A stretch of 64,000 bases of DNA from Chloroflexota bacterium (GTDB lineage Bacteria; Chloroflexota; UBA11872; VXOZ01). Position numbers and translations under genes: made by a program. Below the pieces are notes generated by a model, which worked only from the letters and a program-made list of their open reading frames with translations, ran no database searches and had not been told where the DNA came from. Below are positions 29,638 to 39,759 of the stretch, in pieces; position 1 is the stretch's first letter; every line of letters begins with the position of its first letter. The stretch is from positions 1,056,001-1,120,000 of the forward strand of contig OY760183.1 in the NCBI GenBank assembly GCA_963663275.1, read 5' to 3'.

Positions 29638-29819
29638 CCCCCTCTCCCCGGGGAGAGGGCCGGGGTGAGGGGGACATCGTTGTCGCATTGAACGCAATGA
29701 GAATGAAGCCTACGCTCGCTTCTCCCGTAGTGCAGGTTTGTAACCTGCGACTTACGCAAGGTCAATCCAGTCCGTTCTTGTTTACCTTGCTCCGGCGGGG
29801 GACAAGCCCCCGCGCTACG
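29638..29819. repeat. Intergenic palindromes (CCCTCTCCC family plus REP-B/REP-A doublet)
   Basis: ccctctccccgggagagggccggggtgagggg; gtagtgcaggtttgtaacctgcg; gcgggggacaagcccccgcgctac. Confidence 0.85.
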
Positions 29820-29848
29820 CAAACGCGGCGGCGTTGCGCGCAGGCCCA

Positions 29849-31645
29849 CTAGTGGTAGCGGACTTCCACCGCGCTGGCGCCCGCGCCAAAGTCGGCTGCC
29901 GCCAGCGCATAGGCCGTCCCGGAAACGCTGCGCCGGGTGAGCGGCAGCGGCTCCCCGCCGCACTGTACCCCGGCAATCTCTCTGCCGTCGAACCGCGCGG
30001 GCAGGAGGAGCGTGCCGCCGGGCAGTCCGTCTCGCGCCTCGAGCGTCAGGCTCAAGATGCCGCCGTCCGCGTCCCACCGCTGTTCATGCAGCAGCGCGGC
30101 GCGCCGTTGTTCGTTGAACGCGCACCAGGCGTCGGTGCTGGGCATGGGCAGTTCGCATTGCGCCGCGTACTTCAGGACCGCCTCGAACCAGCCCGCCGTG
30201 CGGATGAACTGGCCGGTCTTCACCTTAATGCCGGTGGCGTAGATCGGGTGAAAGTAGAAGTGCGCCACGGTGTGGTAGCGTTCGATCGCGGCGTCGATGT
30301 ACTCCTTGGAAACGGCGATGGCTTGCTCCTCGCTGAGCGGCGGCAGGAAACTCTTGTCCACCAGCACGTAGTCGTCGCAGAAGAGGGTCTCCTGCTCGAA
30401 AAGCTCGATGAATTCGCCGCGTTCGTCGATGAAACGCATGGGCAAGCCGCTGCCGGTCAGGTAGCCGTATTGCTGGTGGTCGCCGGCGCGGTAGTTGGTG
30501 TCCATGCGGAAACCGGCGTCGGCCAGCGCCTGGGCGGTTTCCGCCCAGCCCGGCCAGATGACGCAGTGGTGGCGGGTGGTCTTGGGCGGATAGCCGTAGC
30601 GATCCTCGAAGAGCGCCGCTTCCTCGAAAATGCGCTGGCGCATCTGCTCTACGGTCGGCTTGCCTGAGTGCCAGACGTGGGGTCCCGCCGAGTGGCCGCG
30701 CCGCCGGTAGTCGCGCTCCATCGCCGGGGTGAGGTGCTTCAGGTGCTCCTCCATCAGATAGACGGTGTACTCGCCGCCGTGGGCTTCCACCATATTGGTG
30801 TACCATTCCATCTGCGGGCGGGTCATGCCGTCGCTGTCGCCGTTGACGAGCACGATTGCCGGCGCGGCGTTGGGGTAGTGCCAGAGACGCGCCAGCGGGG
30901 CCTGTGGCGCGCTCGCCCACTCAAGGATGCGCACGAGCAGTCGCTGCTGCAGGTCGGCTTGGGGCAGGTCGAGCAGCGTGCGGTCGCGGTAGCCGACGAA
31001 GAGATCGCTGGGGCAAAACAGGCCGTCGCCGTCGGCATCGGGAGTGGGGCCGGTGCTGGCCTGCTCGCGGCGGCCCTGGTGAAAGAGGACGGTGGACGAC
31101 GCCAGGTCATAGGTGAAGACGGCGAAACGCCCCGCGCCGTAGTTGCCGGTGACAATCGCCGGATATGGGAGCGCCCAGTCGCGTCCGCCCAGCCAGGCGA
31201 GCACGCGCTCGCGGCCGCCGTAATCAGCGTACACATCGGCCGCGCCGTGAAACTGCATGAAGTCGCCGAGCGCGGAGAACCAGAGGGGATGGTCTCGCTC
31301 CGGCGCGACGTAGGCTTCGTTGGCCGTGCGCCGCTGCTTGCCCTCGATGCCAAGTTCGGCTGCGGTCTCGGCGGAAGGACGCAGGAAGACCACCGGCGTG
31401 CCCCGCTCCAGCGCCGCCAGCGCCGCCGCTTCCGCGCCGGTATCCGCGCCGCAGGGCGCCACGATCACCGCCTGCCGCGCTTGGAGTGAATCCACAGTCA
31501 GCGGCGACTGCCGCGCGTTCCGCTCTTCCGCGCCGGTCAGCCCCTCGGCAAAGAGCATCTCCAACACGTAACGCCCAAACGGGGCTGTCTCAGGATCGTA
31601 ACAGCACAACGGCGGCAGGAACGTATCGTGCTTCTTCGATGCCAT
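29849..31645 (-). CDS. Hypothetical protein with C-terminal polysaccharide-deacetylase-like (NodB-type) domain
   Basis: 598 aa; NGDSD, GHSAGPH, TTRHH, GFRMDTN, YFHP resemble CE4-like barrel motifs. Confidence 0.6.
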   Translation of the reverse strand: MASKKHDTFLPPLCCYDPETAPFGRYVLEMLFAEGLTGAEERNARQSPLTVDSLQARQAVIVAPCGADTGAEAAALAALERGTPVVFLRPSAETAAELGIEGKQRRTANEAYVAPERDHPLWFSALGDFMQFHGAADVYADYGGRERVLAWLGGRDWALPYPAIVTGNYGAGRFAVFTYDLASSTVLFHQGRREQASTGPTPDADGDGLFCPSDLFVGYRDRTLLDLPQADLQQRLLVRILEWASAPQAPLARLWHYPNAAPAIVLVNGDSDGMTRPQMEWYTNMVEAHGGEYTVYLMEEHLKHLTPAMERDYRRRGHSAGPHVWHSGKPTVEQMRQRIFEEAALFEDRYGYPPKTTRHHCVIWPGWAETAQALADAGFRMDTNYRAGDHQQYGYLTGSGLPMRFIDERGEFIELFEQETLFCDDYVLVDKSFLPPLSEEQAIAVSKEYIDAAIERYHTVAHFYFHPIYATGIKVKTGQFIRTAGWFEAVLKYAAQCELPMPSTDAWCAFNEQRRAALLHEQRWDADGGILSLTLEARDGLPGGTLLLPARFDGREIAGVQCGGEPLPLTRRSVSGTAYALAAADFGAGASAVEVRYH

Positions 31646-31872
31646 GCGGTTTGCCTCTCCTGGACGCGCTAAAGCGCCTCACCATCTTGAGCCTTGGCGG
31701 TCAGGCTGCTGCACATAGCCAAACACGCCCCAGTGTCCGTCACCGAGGCGTGCAATAGATTCAACTCTAAGAAGATGAGCGTCTCGCCGAGCAGCCGCTG
31801 CTGCGAGCCGCGGCGCAAGACGCCTTGCCTGGAACCGCCGTGCCGCCCCCCTTGCCGCCAAGCGGTTCAGGG

Positions 31873-32076
31873 CTAGTCTTGTTCCGGTTTCCCTCTGGAA
31901 AAGTGGCCTTCAATCAGCCCCTCGATGCGCGCCAAGCGTTCGCCGAAGTCCGACATGCGCGATTCGAGCCTGGAGACCCGCGTATCGAGGCTGCGAATTT
32001 GCAGCATAATGAACCCGCCAACGGTGAACGCCGATAAGATGCTCGCCAGTACGGTGGCAATGGTGTCGTTTTCCAT
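31873..32076 (-). CDS. Small membrane-anchored coiled-coil protein
   Basis: One TM helix then LDTRVSRLESRMSDFGERLARIEGLIEG heptads; AAGGAG RBS. Confidence 0.65.
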   Translation of the reverse strand: MENDTIATVLASILSAFTVGGFIMLQIRSLDTRVSRLESRMSDFGERLARIEGLIEGHFSRGKPEQD

Positions 32077-32310
32077 GGTCATGTCTCCTTAGTCTAAGCA
32101 TAGCTGCCAAGTGTATGATAGGTCAAGCTGCCTGACATCTGTGGCAAGAGCGTTCTACCACTCCTGTACCAAATGATAGTACGTCTCGGGCCAATTGAAC
32201 ACTTGAGGCACACCCGCGTGTATTCTCCGAGGATCTCCAGTCAGCAGAAGCCCTCATGCCAGCAAATCCATGCGGCGCATAGATAGCAAGCACCGTAGGC
32301 GTGCGGGTCG

Positions 32311-33105
32311 CTACAAGGGCCTCGCACCGACAGGAGGCAAGAACAGCGCCTGAATCAACCCATCCGGATCCGACCAGCGCGACACTCTGGATAGAGATCC
32401 CACGAGACTAAAGTCACCATCCGTCCAAATGTCGTTGGTGTCGTCGAAGAGGGATACGAAGCCGAGCGGCTCGCTCCGCGCTACCGGCCCTAAATCGTGC
32501 CAGGTGGCTACTACCCGGTCGGTTATCCTGCGCGCCGCGGAACGGTTGTTGGCGCTGAGCACATTGACTAACACGGTGCGTCTGCGGGCGCGAACCTGAA
32601 AATCCACATTCCACGTACGATTTGAAACCCCTGTCCGCCTGGAGGCGCGTTCGAACGGTACGTTGTGCTTTTCGAGATAGTCGGCCACCTGACCTGTAAT
32701 CGATGGCGGCGTGCGCGTGCGAAAGGTGAGCCATATATCGGCAACTCTCGACGCTACCTGCGCAGCCTGGACAATTGCGGCAGCCAATTCGCTGGGATGG
32801 CAATGCGTTTCAATGACGCCATTCTGAAACTCAACACCGTGGGTTAGGCAAATGTCCGCAACGAGCCCGGTCTGCTTAGGTGAAAGGCGCATAGAGGGCG
32901 ACTGCGTGTACAGCCAGCGCATGGTCTCCCCAAAGTCTGACACCAGTACCGAGTCACCCTCGAACGCCAGGAATACGTCGATTGCGTCTCCGTCCGGGTA
33001 GAGGAACGGCGTGCCAACCTGGTCGTAGCCCTCCTCTTCCGTGTACGAAAAGAGGGCGCCAAGTTCGCGCTGTACTTGTGCGATGTTCGTCAGAGCAACG
33101 TTCAT
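32311..33105 (-). CDS. DUF1828-like protein with C-terminal restriction-endonuclease-like (DUF1829-like) domain
   Basis: TPFLYPDGDAIDVF, VSDFGET, GVSNRTWNVDF motifs; lower GC. Confidence 0.72.
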   Translation of the reverse strand: MNVALTNIAQVQRELGALFSYTEEEGYDQVGTPFLYPDGDAIDVFLAFEGDSVLVSDFGETMRWLYTQSPSMRLSPKQTGLVADICLTHGVEFQNGVIETHCHPSELAAAIVQAAQVASRVADIWLTFRTRTPPSITGQVADYLEKHNVPFERASRRTGVSNRTWNVDFQVRARRRTVLVNVLSANNRSAARRITDRVVATWHDLGPVARSEPLGFVSLFDDTNDIWTDGDFSLVGSLSRVSRWSDPDGLIQALFLPPVGARPL

Positions 33106-33112
33106 TGCCGCA

Positions 33113-33541
33113 TTAGCCCTTCCGCAACTCTCCGTTGTGCTGTATGCGTGCCTCCACGCAGAACTCTCTCCAAACCGCCGCCGGGTCAGCAGCCGACGCC
33201 GTTATGTCGTCAGGCACGTAGGCTCTCTTATCTCTATAGCGTTCCGACCAGCTATGCTTATGCTTTCTGCCGATCCGTTCGCCTTGCGGATTACGATGTA
33301 TCTTTCCCATGTCAAGGCCATAGATGCGGCCCTCCGTCCGCAAGATGAGCGCGTAAGACAACCTTTGCGTCCTTGGATTATAGCTGCCATGAATGAATAG
33401 CGGCCAACCTACCTCCGATTGTACGGCGGCTCTGAATGTCCAGGCGGGCAAGTGGCTGCTGTCCTCTTTCCAAGCAATATTCCCCTCAATTCGCTTCGAG
33501 GCATCACTCAAAATGGAGGAGAAATCGGCATCGCTCAGCAA
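33113..33541 (-). CDS. DUF6978-like small protein
   Basis: RIYGLDMGKIHRNPQGERIGRKHKHSW His-rich motif and WREFCVEARI end; directly upstream of the DUF1828-like gene. Confidence 0.68.
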   Translation of the reverse strand: MLSDADFSSILSDASKRIEGNIAWKEDSSHLPAWTFRAAVQSEVGWPLFIHGSYNPRTQRLSYALILRTEGRIYGLDMGKIHRNPQGERIGRKHKHSWSERYRDKRAYVPDDITASAADPAAVWREFCVEARIQHNGELRKG

Positions 33542-33658
33542 AATGCCTACCGTTCCATAGTATCAAAGCGGTACGAGGAAAAGCATCGTCCTGCGCCTTG
33601 CCCCTCTTGCCGCAAGGCTTGTCGACGGCGCCTATAGCCCCATGGATGAGCGAACGAT

Positions 33659-34957
33659 TCAGTTCACCGCAGCCAAAGACCGCAGTTCCGCCGCGTTTTC
33701 CTGCACTTTCACGAAAGCGTCGGCGATGTCGTCCATGTCCGCTTGCGTGCCCAGGAAGGCCGGGTGGCCCATCCAGAGGGTTTCCTCGCGGCAGAGGCGT
33801 TCGGCTTCCGGGCATTCCGTCCGGCGGTAGTCCATTGTGCGGCCGTAGTAGTGGCTGGTGAGCGGGAAGCCGCTGCGCAGCGAACCGTGCAGGGCGTCCT
33901 GGAAGAGCGGGTGCTTGTGCAGGGGGCGCACGTAGCCGGCGCTGCACGGGACGCCTTCCGCGGCCACGGCCTTGGCGACGACCTCGCGCGGCGCGCCGCC
34001 GAAAGCCTCGGCGTTCATGTACTTGAAGATGAAGATGTGGAGCGCGTTGCGCTTGACGAACGGATCCACGCGCACGTTCGCCAGACCTTCGATTTCGGCC
34101 AGGCGCGACGCGAGGTAGGTGCAATTCTCATGCCGGCGGGCCGCCCATTCCTCCAGGTTGGGGAATTGCGAGTGCAGGATCGCGCCCATGATCTCCGACA
34201 TGCGGTAGTTCCAGGAGAGCACCGGAAACTGCGTGTCCACCGGGTCGTTCAGGTGGTCGTCCGCCAGGTCCACGTGCGAGCGCCAGAAGTCGTGGGCGTA
34301 GACCGCGCGCTTGTAGATCTCCTCGTTGTTGGTGGTCACGCAGCCGCCCTCGCCGCTGGTCAGGTTCTTGCTGGCCTGAAAGCTCCAACCGGCCGCGTCG
34401 CCCAGCGACCCCAGCTTACCCTGGGCGTGCATGCCGCCGTGGGCGTGGGCGCAATCCTCCAGCACCAGCAAATCGTGCTTGCGCGCGATGGCGTTGATGG
34501 CGTCCATGTCGGCGGGCAGGCCGCCGAAGTGCACGGCAAAGATGGCGCGGGTTTTGTCGGTGATGTGGTCTTCGATGAGGGCGGGATTGAGGTTGTAGGT
34601 CTCCGGGTCGATGTCCACGAACACGGGCACGGCGCCCACCTGCAACGGCGCGCTGGCGGTGGCCATGAACGAATACGGCGGCACGATGACTTCATCGCCA
34701 ATTTCCACGCCGGCCGCCAGCACGGCCACCTCCAACGCCGCGGTGCCGCTGCTCACGCAGAGGCCGTAGTCGCAGTCGTGATAGCGCGCGTACGCCTGCT
34801 CGAACTCCCCCGTGCGCGTGCCGTCGCGCCGCCGGTTCCAGCGCTGGCTGCGCAGCACGTCCGTCACCGCGTCAACCGTCTCATCCCCTACCAGCGGCCA
34901 ACTGCCAAAGGGCGTCCGGCGCAATTTCGGGCCGCCGTTGATAGCTAACTTTGCCAC
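33659..34957 (-). CDS. DegT/DnrJ/EryC1/StrS PLP aminotransferase (AHBA-synthase-like)
   Basis: SSGTAALE, GDEVIVP, LEDCAHAHG, SFQASKNLTSGEGG, WNYRMSE. Confidence 0.92.
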   Translation of the reverse strand: MAKLAINGGPKLRRTPFGSWPLVGDETVDAVTDVLRSQRWNRRRDGTRTGEFEQAYARYHDCDYGLCVSSGTAALEVAVLAAGVEIGDEVIVPPYSFMATASAPLQVGAVPVFVDIDPETYNLNPALIEDHITDKTRAIFAVHFGGLPADMDAINAIARKHDLLVLEDCAHAHGGMHAQGKLGSLGDAAGWSFQASKNLTSGEGGCVTTNNEEIYKRAVYAHDFWRSHVDLADDHLNDPVDTQFPVLSWNYRMSEIMGAILHSQFPNLEEWAARRHENCTYLASRLAEIEGLANVRVDPFVKRNALHIFIFKYMNAEAFGGAPREVVAKAVAAEGVPCSAGYVRPLHKHPLFQDALHGSLRSGFPLTSHYYGRTMDYRRTECPEAERLCREETLWMGHPAFLGTQADMDDIADAFVKVQENAAELRSLAAVN

Positions 34958-35118
34958 GGCGCAAGGCCTCGCTTTCTGCATGTCTTATCGCTCGTTTTCG
35001 CCATCAGTGTGCACCTATAGTATCATGGCCAAAACAGTGCGCAAGGTAACAGCCGAACAGGAGCGTCGTCCAGAGAAAGGGCGTTCGCCAGGGCTTGAAG
35101 AAGAATCGTCGAGAGGTG

Positions 35119-35523
35119 ATGAAGGTGCGCGTTAAGCTGCCCCACAGGGAGTTGTCCGACGCTTTCGTGGCGTTGAGCCATGCAGCCGCCGAGGCTGAAG
35201 AAGAGGGCTTTCAAATACCCTCTGACTTAGCAGTAGTCAATGCGAAACGCCTGTTGCATGAGATGTACGCGATTGCGCCGCAACGCTTCGAGGTCTACCC
35301 CACACCTGACGCCGAGATCGCTATTCGCGCTTTGGCTCCCGGTAGATCGGTCATAGTGCTGTGCGAATCGGATGGAGAAGCGTTGTGCTTGGCCAACCTC
35401 AACAATGGCCGCAGACGCAAGAGATTTGATTCCGTGGATGCCCTGCCGGACCGCTTCTTGAAGAGAGCCCTCTTGGACTTGAAATTGGGGATATCTAGTC
35501 CTCACGGAGCACATTGCCCATGA
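35119..35523 (+). CDS. Hypothetical protein
   Basis: 134 aa, GAGGTG RBS, lower GC; PSDLAVVNAKRLL..EVYPTPDAEIAI; stop overlaps the next ATG. Confidence 0.6.
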   Translation: MKVRVKLPHRELSDAFVALSHAAAEAEEEGFQIPSDLAVVNAKRLLHEMYAIAPQRFEVYPTPDAEIAIRALAPGRSVIVLCESDGEALCLANLNNGRRRKRFDSVDALPDRFLKRALLDLKLGISSPHGAHCP

Positions 35524-36659
35524 AAATCGTCGACATGCACGTCCGCGCCTTCACCTACCCCTCCCGCATCGTGCGGGATACCGAAGGCCACACCCATCCC
35601 GGCCCGGAGCATGAAGCCACCCAATCGCTGCTCACCGTTGTCGCGGACGACGGCGCGGTCGGCTATTGCTTTGGCGCGCCGAGCCCCGGCGTGTTGGAGG
35701 ACGTCATCAAGCCCGCCATCATGGGCGAAGACCCCATGTACCGCGAGCGCATCTGGAAGACCCTGCACCACTGGCAGCGCATGTCCCGCGATTTGACCGA
35801 CCGGGCGCTGGGCGCGGTGGACATGGCGATTTGGGACCTGGTGGGCCGCGCCCTGGGGCAGCCGGTCTACAAGCTGCTGGGCGCGACCCGCGACAAAGTG
35901 CCGGCCTACGCCAGCACCATGTGCGGCGACGAAATCGCGGGCGGCCTGAGCACGCCGGAGGAGTACGGCGCGTTCGCACTGCAATGCAAGGAGCGCGGCT
36001 ATCCGGCTTTCAAGCTGCACACCTGGATGCCGCCGATCGCCTGGGCGCCGGACCCGAAGATGGACATCGCCGCCTGCGCCGCCGTGCGCGAGGCCGTGGG
36101 CGCTGAGATGGACCTCATGCTCGACTGCTACCACTTCTACAGCCGCGCGGATGCGCTATACATCGGCCGGGCGTTGGAAGACCTCGACTACTACTGGTTC
36201 GAGGAGCCGATGGACGAGTTCAGCACGTCATCGTACGTCTGGCTGGCCGACCAGCTTGACATTCCCGTGGTCGGGCCGGAAACCGCCGACGGCAAGATGT
36301 ACACCCGCGCCGAGTGGCTTGCCCGGGGCGCGGCCGACATCAGCCGGGGCGGCGTGAGCGACGTGGGCGGCATTACGCCCCTGATGAAGGTCGTCCACCT
36401 CTGCGAGGCGTTCAACGTGCAGATGGAGGTGCACGGCGGCGGCCCCGGCAACCTGCACGCCCTCTGCGCCATGAACTACCCGGGCAAGTACTACGAACGC
36501 GGCCTTCTGCACCCCCACATCGACTACGAGGAAGTGGAACCCTGGCTCAACCGCAAAACCGACCCCATGGACAACACGGGCAACGTCCACGTCTCCCAAG
36601 AGCCGGGCCTCGGCTGGGACATCGATTGGGACTACATCGACGCCCACACGGTGACTTGA
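35520..36659 (+). CDS. Mandelate racemase / muconate lactonizing enzyme family (enolase superfamily)
   Basis: AVDMAIWDLVGR, FKLH, LMLD, WFEEP, VGPE, GGIT, YYERG. Confidence 0.92.
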   Translation: MKIVDMHVRAFTYPSRIVRDTEGHTHPGPEHEATQSLLTVVADDGAVGYCFGAPSPGVLEDVIKPAIMGEDPMYRERIWKTLHHWQRMSRDLTDRALGAVDMAIWDLVGRALGQPVYKLLGATRDKVPAYASTMCGDEIAGGLSTPEEYGAFALQCKERGYPAFKLHTWMPPIAWAPDPKMDIAACAAVREAVGAEMDLMLDCYHFYSRADALYIGRALEDLDYYWFEEPMDEFSTSSYVWLADQLDIPVVGPETADGKMYTRAEWLARGAADISRGGVSDVGGITPLMKVVHLCEAFNVQMEVHGGGPGNLHALCAMNYPGKYYERGLLHPHIDYEEVEPWLNRKTDPMDNTGNVHVSQEPGLGWDIDWDYIDAHTVT

Positions 36660-36671
36660 ACACCAGGCTCC

Positions 36672-36908
36672 CTATGGCAGGAGCTTTATCAAGCCGACGG
36701 TGAGACTGGTCGTGAGCGTGACGTTGACCAACACAATCGTCAGCGCCATTTTGTAGAGGTCGATCTTGCTGGCGAGGCGGTTTAGTTTCTCGTCAAGGTA
36801 CTCCTTTGTCGCCGCTTCACCGTTCCTGACCGTGACAACCGCCTCCGCCTGGGCTTCATCGAATCCCGCCGCTATGAGGGACTTCACCATCTTATGTGTG
36901 TCAGCCAT
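36672..36908 (-). CDS. DUF1640-like small coiled-coil/TM protein
   Basis: DTHKMVKSLIAAGFDEAQAEA..ATKEYLD then a C-terminal TM. Confidence 0.7.
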   Translation of the reverse strand: MADTHKMVKSLIAAGFDEAQAEAVVTVRNGEAATKEYLDEKLNRLASKIDLYKMALTIVLVNVTLTTSLTVGLIKLLP

Positions 36909-37046
36909 AGCAATCTCAGTCATCCGAAGATGCATTCTTGCTCAGTTTCCTCTATCAAAGCTACCCCAAATCGGCTCTTCACCCCAGACATGCTTCGCAA
37001 CGCCGCGTCACGCAGGTAGTACCGGAAGGGCGCGGTCACGCGCCAA

Positions 37047-39521
37047 CTAAGCAGGCTGCGGTGCCGGCGTGGGGGTAGGCGTAGGAATAGGCGTGGGGGT
37101 AGGCGTGGGGGTAGGCGTCGGTGTCGGCGTGGGACTGGCCGGACACGTTACCGAGATGGAGGTCGTGGTTTGTGGGCCCCAGGCGTCGCGATAGGTCTCA
37201 CCATCGCCCTTTGCCACGCCGTTGACGTTGAACGTGAGCGTCTGGCCGCCTTGCGAGGCTGAGCACACGGTGGCCCCGTAGTCCTTCGAATAGGGTTGGC
37301 CCTTCTTGAAGTCTCCGGTCCGGCCGGTCTGGGTATTGAAGAGATTGCCGCTCGTCTTTACTTCCGCAACCCCGCTTGCGAGCGTTACCGTGAGCGTGAC
37401 CGTTATCGCGTCCCCACTGGGACTGCTCGACAGGCTGAGCGAGGGCGAGGGCGGCAGCGCTAGCGTCGGGGTAGGCGTGGGCGTGGGCGGTGGCTCCCCA
37501 GGGCAGGTTACCGAGATGGTGGACGTGCTTGGCGAACTCCAAGCGTCACGGTAGATTACGCCGTCGCCATTCGCCACCACGTTGACGGTGAAGTCAAGCG
37601 TCTGGCCGGCTTGTCCGGATGAGCACACGTGTTCCGAAAAGCTTGCCGAATACGTGCCTTGGTTATTGCCCCGCGACCAGCCGCTCGTGAAGAGATTGCC
37701 GCTGAACCGTATCCCGTCAACCCCGTTCTCGAACGTCACCGACGCGATGACCATCATAGAGAGGCCGTTATTGGGGACGCTCGACGTAGTGCTGGAGAGG
37801 GACAGGGAAGGCGCGGATGGCAGCGGCAGTGTGGGCGTCGGCACGGGCGTTGGCGTGGCGCCGCCGGGGCAGGTTACCGAGATGGTGGACGTGCCCTGCG
37901 GGCCCCAGGCGTCGCGATAGATCGCGCCGTCGCCCTTTGCCACGCCGTTGACGGCAAAGCTCAGCGTCTGGCCGCCTTGCGCGGCGGTGCAAACCTGGGC
38001 TGTGTAGTCTACGGAATACGGCTGACCCTTCAGGAAGTTCCCGGTCCGGCCGGTCTGGGTGTTGAAGAGGTTGCCGCTGGTCCGCGCTTCCGCTACCCCG
38101 TATGGAATCGTTACCGTGAGCGTAATCGTTATGTCGTTCTCATTGGGACTACTCGACAGGCTGAGTGAGGGCGACGGCGGCAGCGGCAATGTTGTGGGCG
38201 TAGGCGAACCACCCGGCGTTGGCGTGGTCTGCGGGACGGTCGGCGTGGTCTGCGGTACCGTTGGCGTGACTGATGGCGCCGGTGTTGGGCCTCCAGGCGT
38301 GGGCGTTGACCCAGGATCCACCGAGGGCGGCGGCGCGGGCCCCGTTCCAGGCGGGGGCGCCGGCAGCGCCGTGGTCGGGAACGGACACGTCACGGTGACA
38401 CCAATGTAATCGCTCCAGTCCGACCAGGCCTGCCGGTAGGTTTCACCGTCGCCAAACGCGCGCAGGCGCAGGAAGTGCGTAGCCGTCTCGCCGGCCTGGC
38501 TGGGCAGGCAGACCAAGGCGGACGTAGGCGGCGTCTGCTCGCTCGTCCACGTGTGGCTGCCGGCAATGCCGTCGGTTTCAATCGAGGCCACGCCTTCCGG
38601 CCAGGAATAGCTCCACCGCACTTCCACCACGCCTTTGTCCGACCACGCGTTGTAGTTCTCCACGTGAATGCCGTAGTCAAGCGATACCGCCGGGACTGGC
38701 GGCGGCGGCAGCCCGCCGTCGGCCGGCGTCGGCGTCAGCGCGGGCGTGGGAATATGCCCCGACGCGTCGGGGCAGGACGCCGTGTGCGTGAGCAAGCGCA
38801 ACTGGCCCGGGCCGGAGCGGTAGGTCACGCCATCGCCCGCGGAGGTGAGAATGACCGCAATCGCCAGCGACTGATCCGCGTCCGCCGGAGGGCAGACATA
38901 GGCATGGTAACTCTCGGCGTTGCCGTCGCTTTCCAGCAGCGAGAACGGCGCGCCGCCCGACCAGGATATGCTGCCGCTGGTGTCTGACGGCCACTGCACG
39001 GAAAAGACGACTTCGACGAGCAGGTCCTGCCGGCCGGAAGCGCCGCTGCCAATGCTCCCCGCGGGAGCGGGCGCTAACGGCAGTACGGGAGTCGGCGTTG
39101 CCTGGGGTTCCTGCGCGTCTGAATCGCTGTCTGGAACGTAATCAGGTTCCTGCGTGCCTGAATCGCTGCCGGCCACGTAATCGGGTTCCCACGGGAACCG
39201 CTCGCTATTCAGGCGCTGCTGGAGTCCATACGGGCCGTTGACCCAGGTGTAGTGGCCGTCGGTGAAGGCCGTATAGTTGTCGGACTTGCGCCAGACCATG
39301 AGCCCGCCGGTGGTGGACTGGGTGCTGTCGCCGTTGGCGCTATGCTGCTCGTTGCTCAAGCAGTCGCCCACAGTGTCATGGCCGATGAGGTCGCGCAGGG
39401 TCTTGAAACCAAGACGGAATTCGCAATCGGCAGCCGTTGCCGACGACACGACAAGCGCGGCAAACGCGAAACCAAGCAAAATTCCGACAACAGAACGTCG
39501 TAGCCGGGCCGGCAGAAACAT
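37047..39521 (-). CDS. Secreted Pro/Thr-rich surface protein with repeated Cys-paired beta domains
   Basis: Signal peptide, N-terminal CEFRLGF..GLMVWRK..ERFPWE domain, about 5 repeats ending GDGxxYRxAW..VTCP, (PT)n linkers. Confidence 0.8.
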   Translation of the reverse strand: MFLPARLRRSVVGILLGFAFAALVVSSATAADCEFRLGFKTLRDLIGHDTVGDCLSNEQHSANGDSTQSTTGGLMVWRKSDNYTAFTDGHYTWVNGPYGLQQRLNSERFPWEPDYVAGSDSGTQEPDYVPDSDSDAQEPQATPTPVLPLAPAPAGSIGSGASGRQDLLVEVVFSVQWPSDTSGSISWSGGAPFSLLESDGNAESYHAYVCPPADADQSLAIAVILTSAGDGVTYRSGPGQLRLLTHTASCPDASGHIPTPALTPTPADGGLPPPPVPAVSLDYGIHVENYNAWSDKGVVEVRWSYSWPEGVASIETDGIAGSHTWTSEQTPPTSALVCLPSQAGETATHFLRLRAFGDGETYRQAWSDWSDYIGVTVTCPFPTTALPAPPPGTGPAPPPSVDPGSTPTPGGPTPAPSVTPTVPQTTPTVPQTTPTPGGSPTPTTLPLPPSPSLSLSSSPNENDITITLTVTIPYGVAEARTSGNLFNTQTGRTGNFLKGQPYSVDYTAQVCTAAQGGQTLSFAVNGVAKGDGAIYRDAWGPQGTSTISVTCPGGATPTPVPTPTLPLPSAPSLSLSSTTSSVPNNGLSMMVIASVTFENGVDGIRFSGNLFTSGWSRGNNQGTYSASFSEHVCSSGQAGQTLDFTVNVVANGDGVIYRDAWSSPSTSTISVTCPGEPPPTPTPTPTLALPPSPSLSLSSSPSGDAITVTLTVTLASGVAEVKTSGNLFNTQTGRTGDFKKGQPYSKDYGATVCSASQGGQTLTFNVNGVAKGDGETYRDAWGPQTTTSISVTCPASPTPTPTPTPTPTPTPIPTPTPTPAPQPA

Positions 39522-39653
39522 CGCCGTAATCTCTCTCACAACCGATTCCGATGCAGTATGGGCGGGAGGCATTGCGCCCCATAGCGCATTACCGTGTGCG
39601 AAACTCTACCAAAATGCTAGCGAACTGTCTAGATTGAGAGAGCCGTCAGAGGC

Positions 39654-39681
39654 GTAGGGGCGGTTCGCGAACCGCCCCTAC
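39654..39681. repeat. GTAG REP-C perfect palindrome
   Basis: gtaggggcggttcgcgaaccgcccctac; identical copy at 58864-58891. Confidence 0.88.
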
Positions 39682-39759
39682 GGAAACCACAATACCTCAG
39701 GGCATTGAAGCACGGGAGCGCGTGTATCGAATAGTCGCGTGAAACCTGATCGTCAATTC

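Noticed and set aside
33659-36659. AHBA-synthase-like gene as part of an ansamycin or aminoglycoside biosynthetic cluster
   Set aside because: No PKS, kinase or other pathway genes adjacent; context is scattered sugar catabolism
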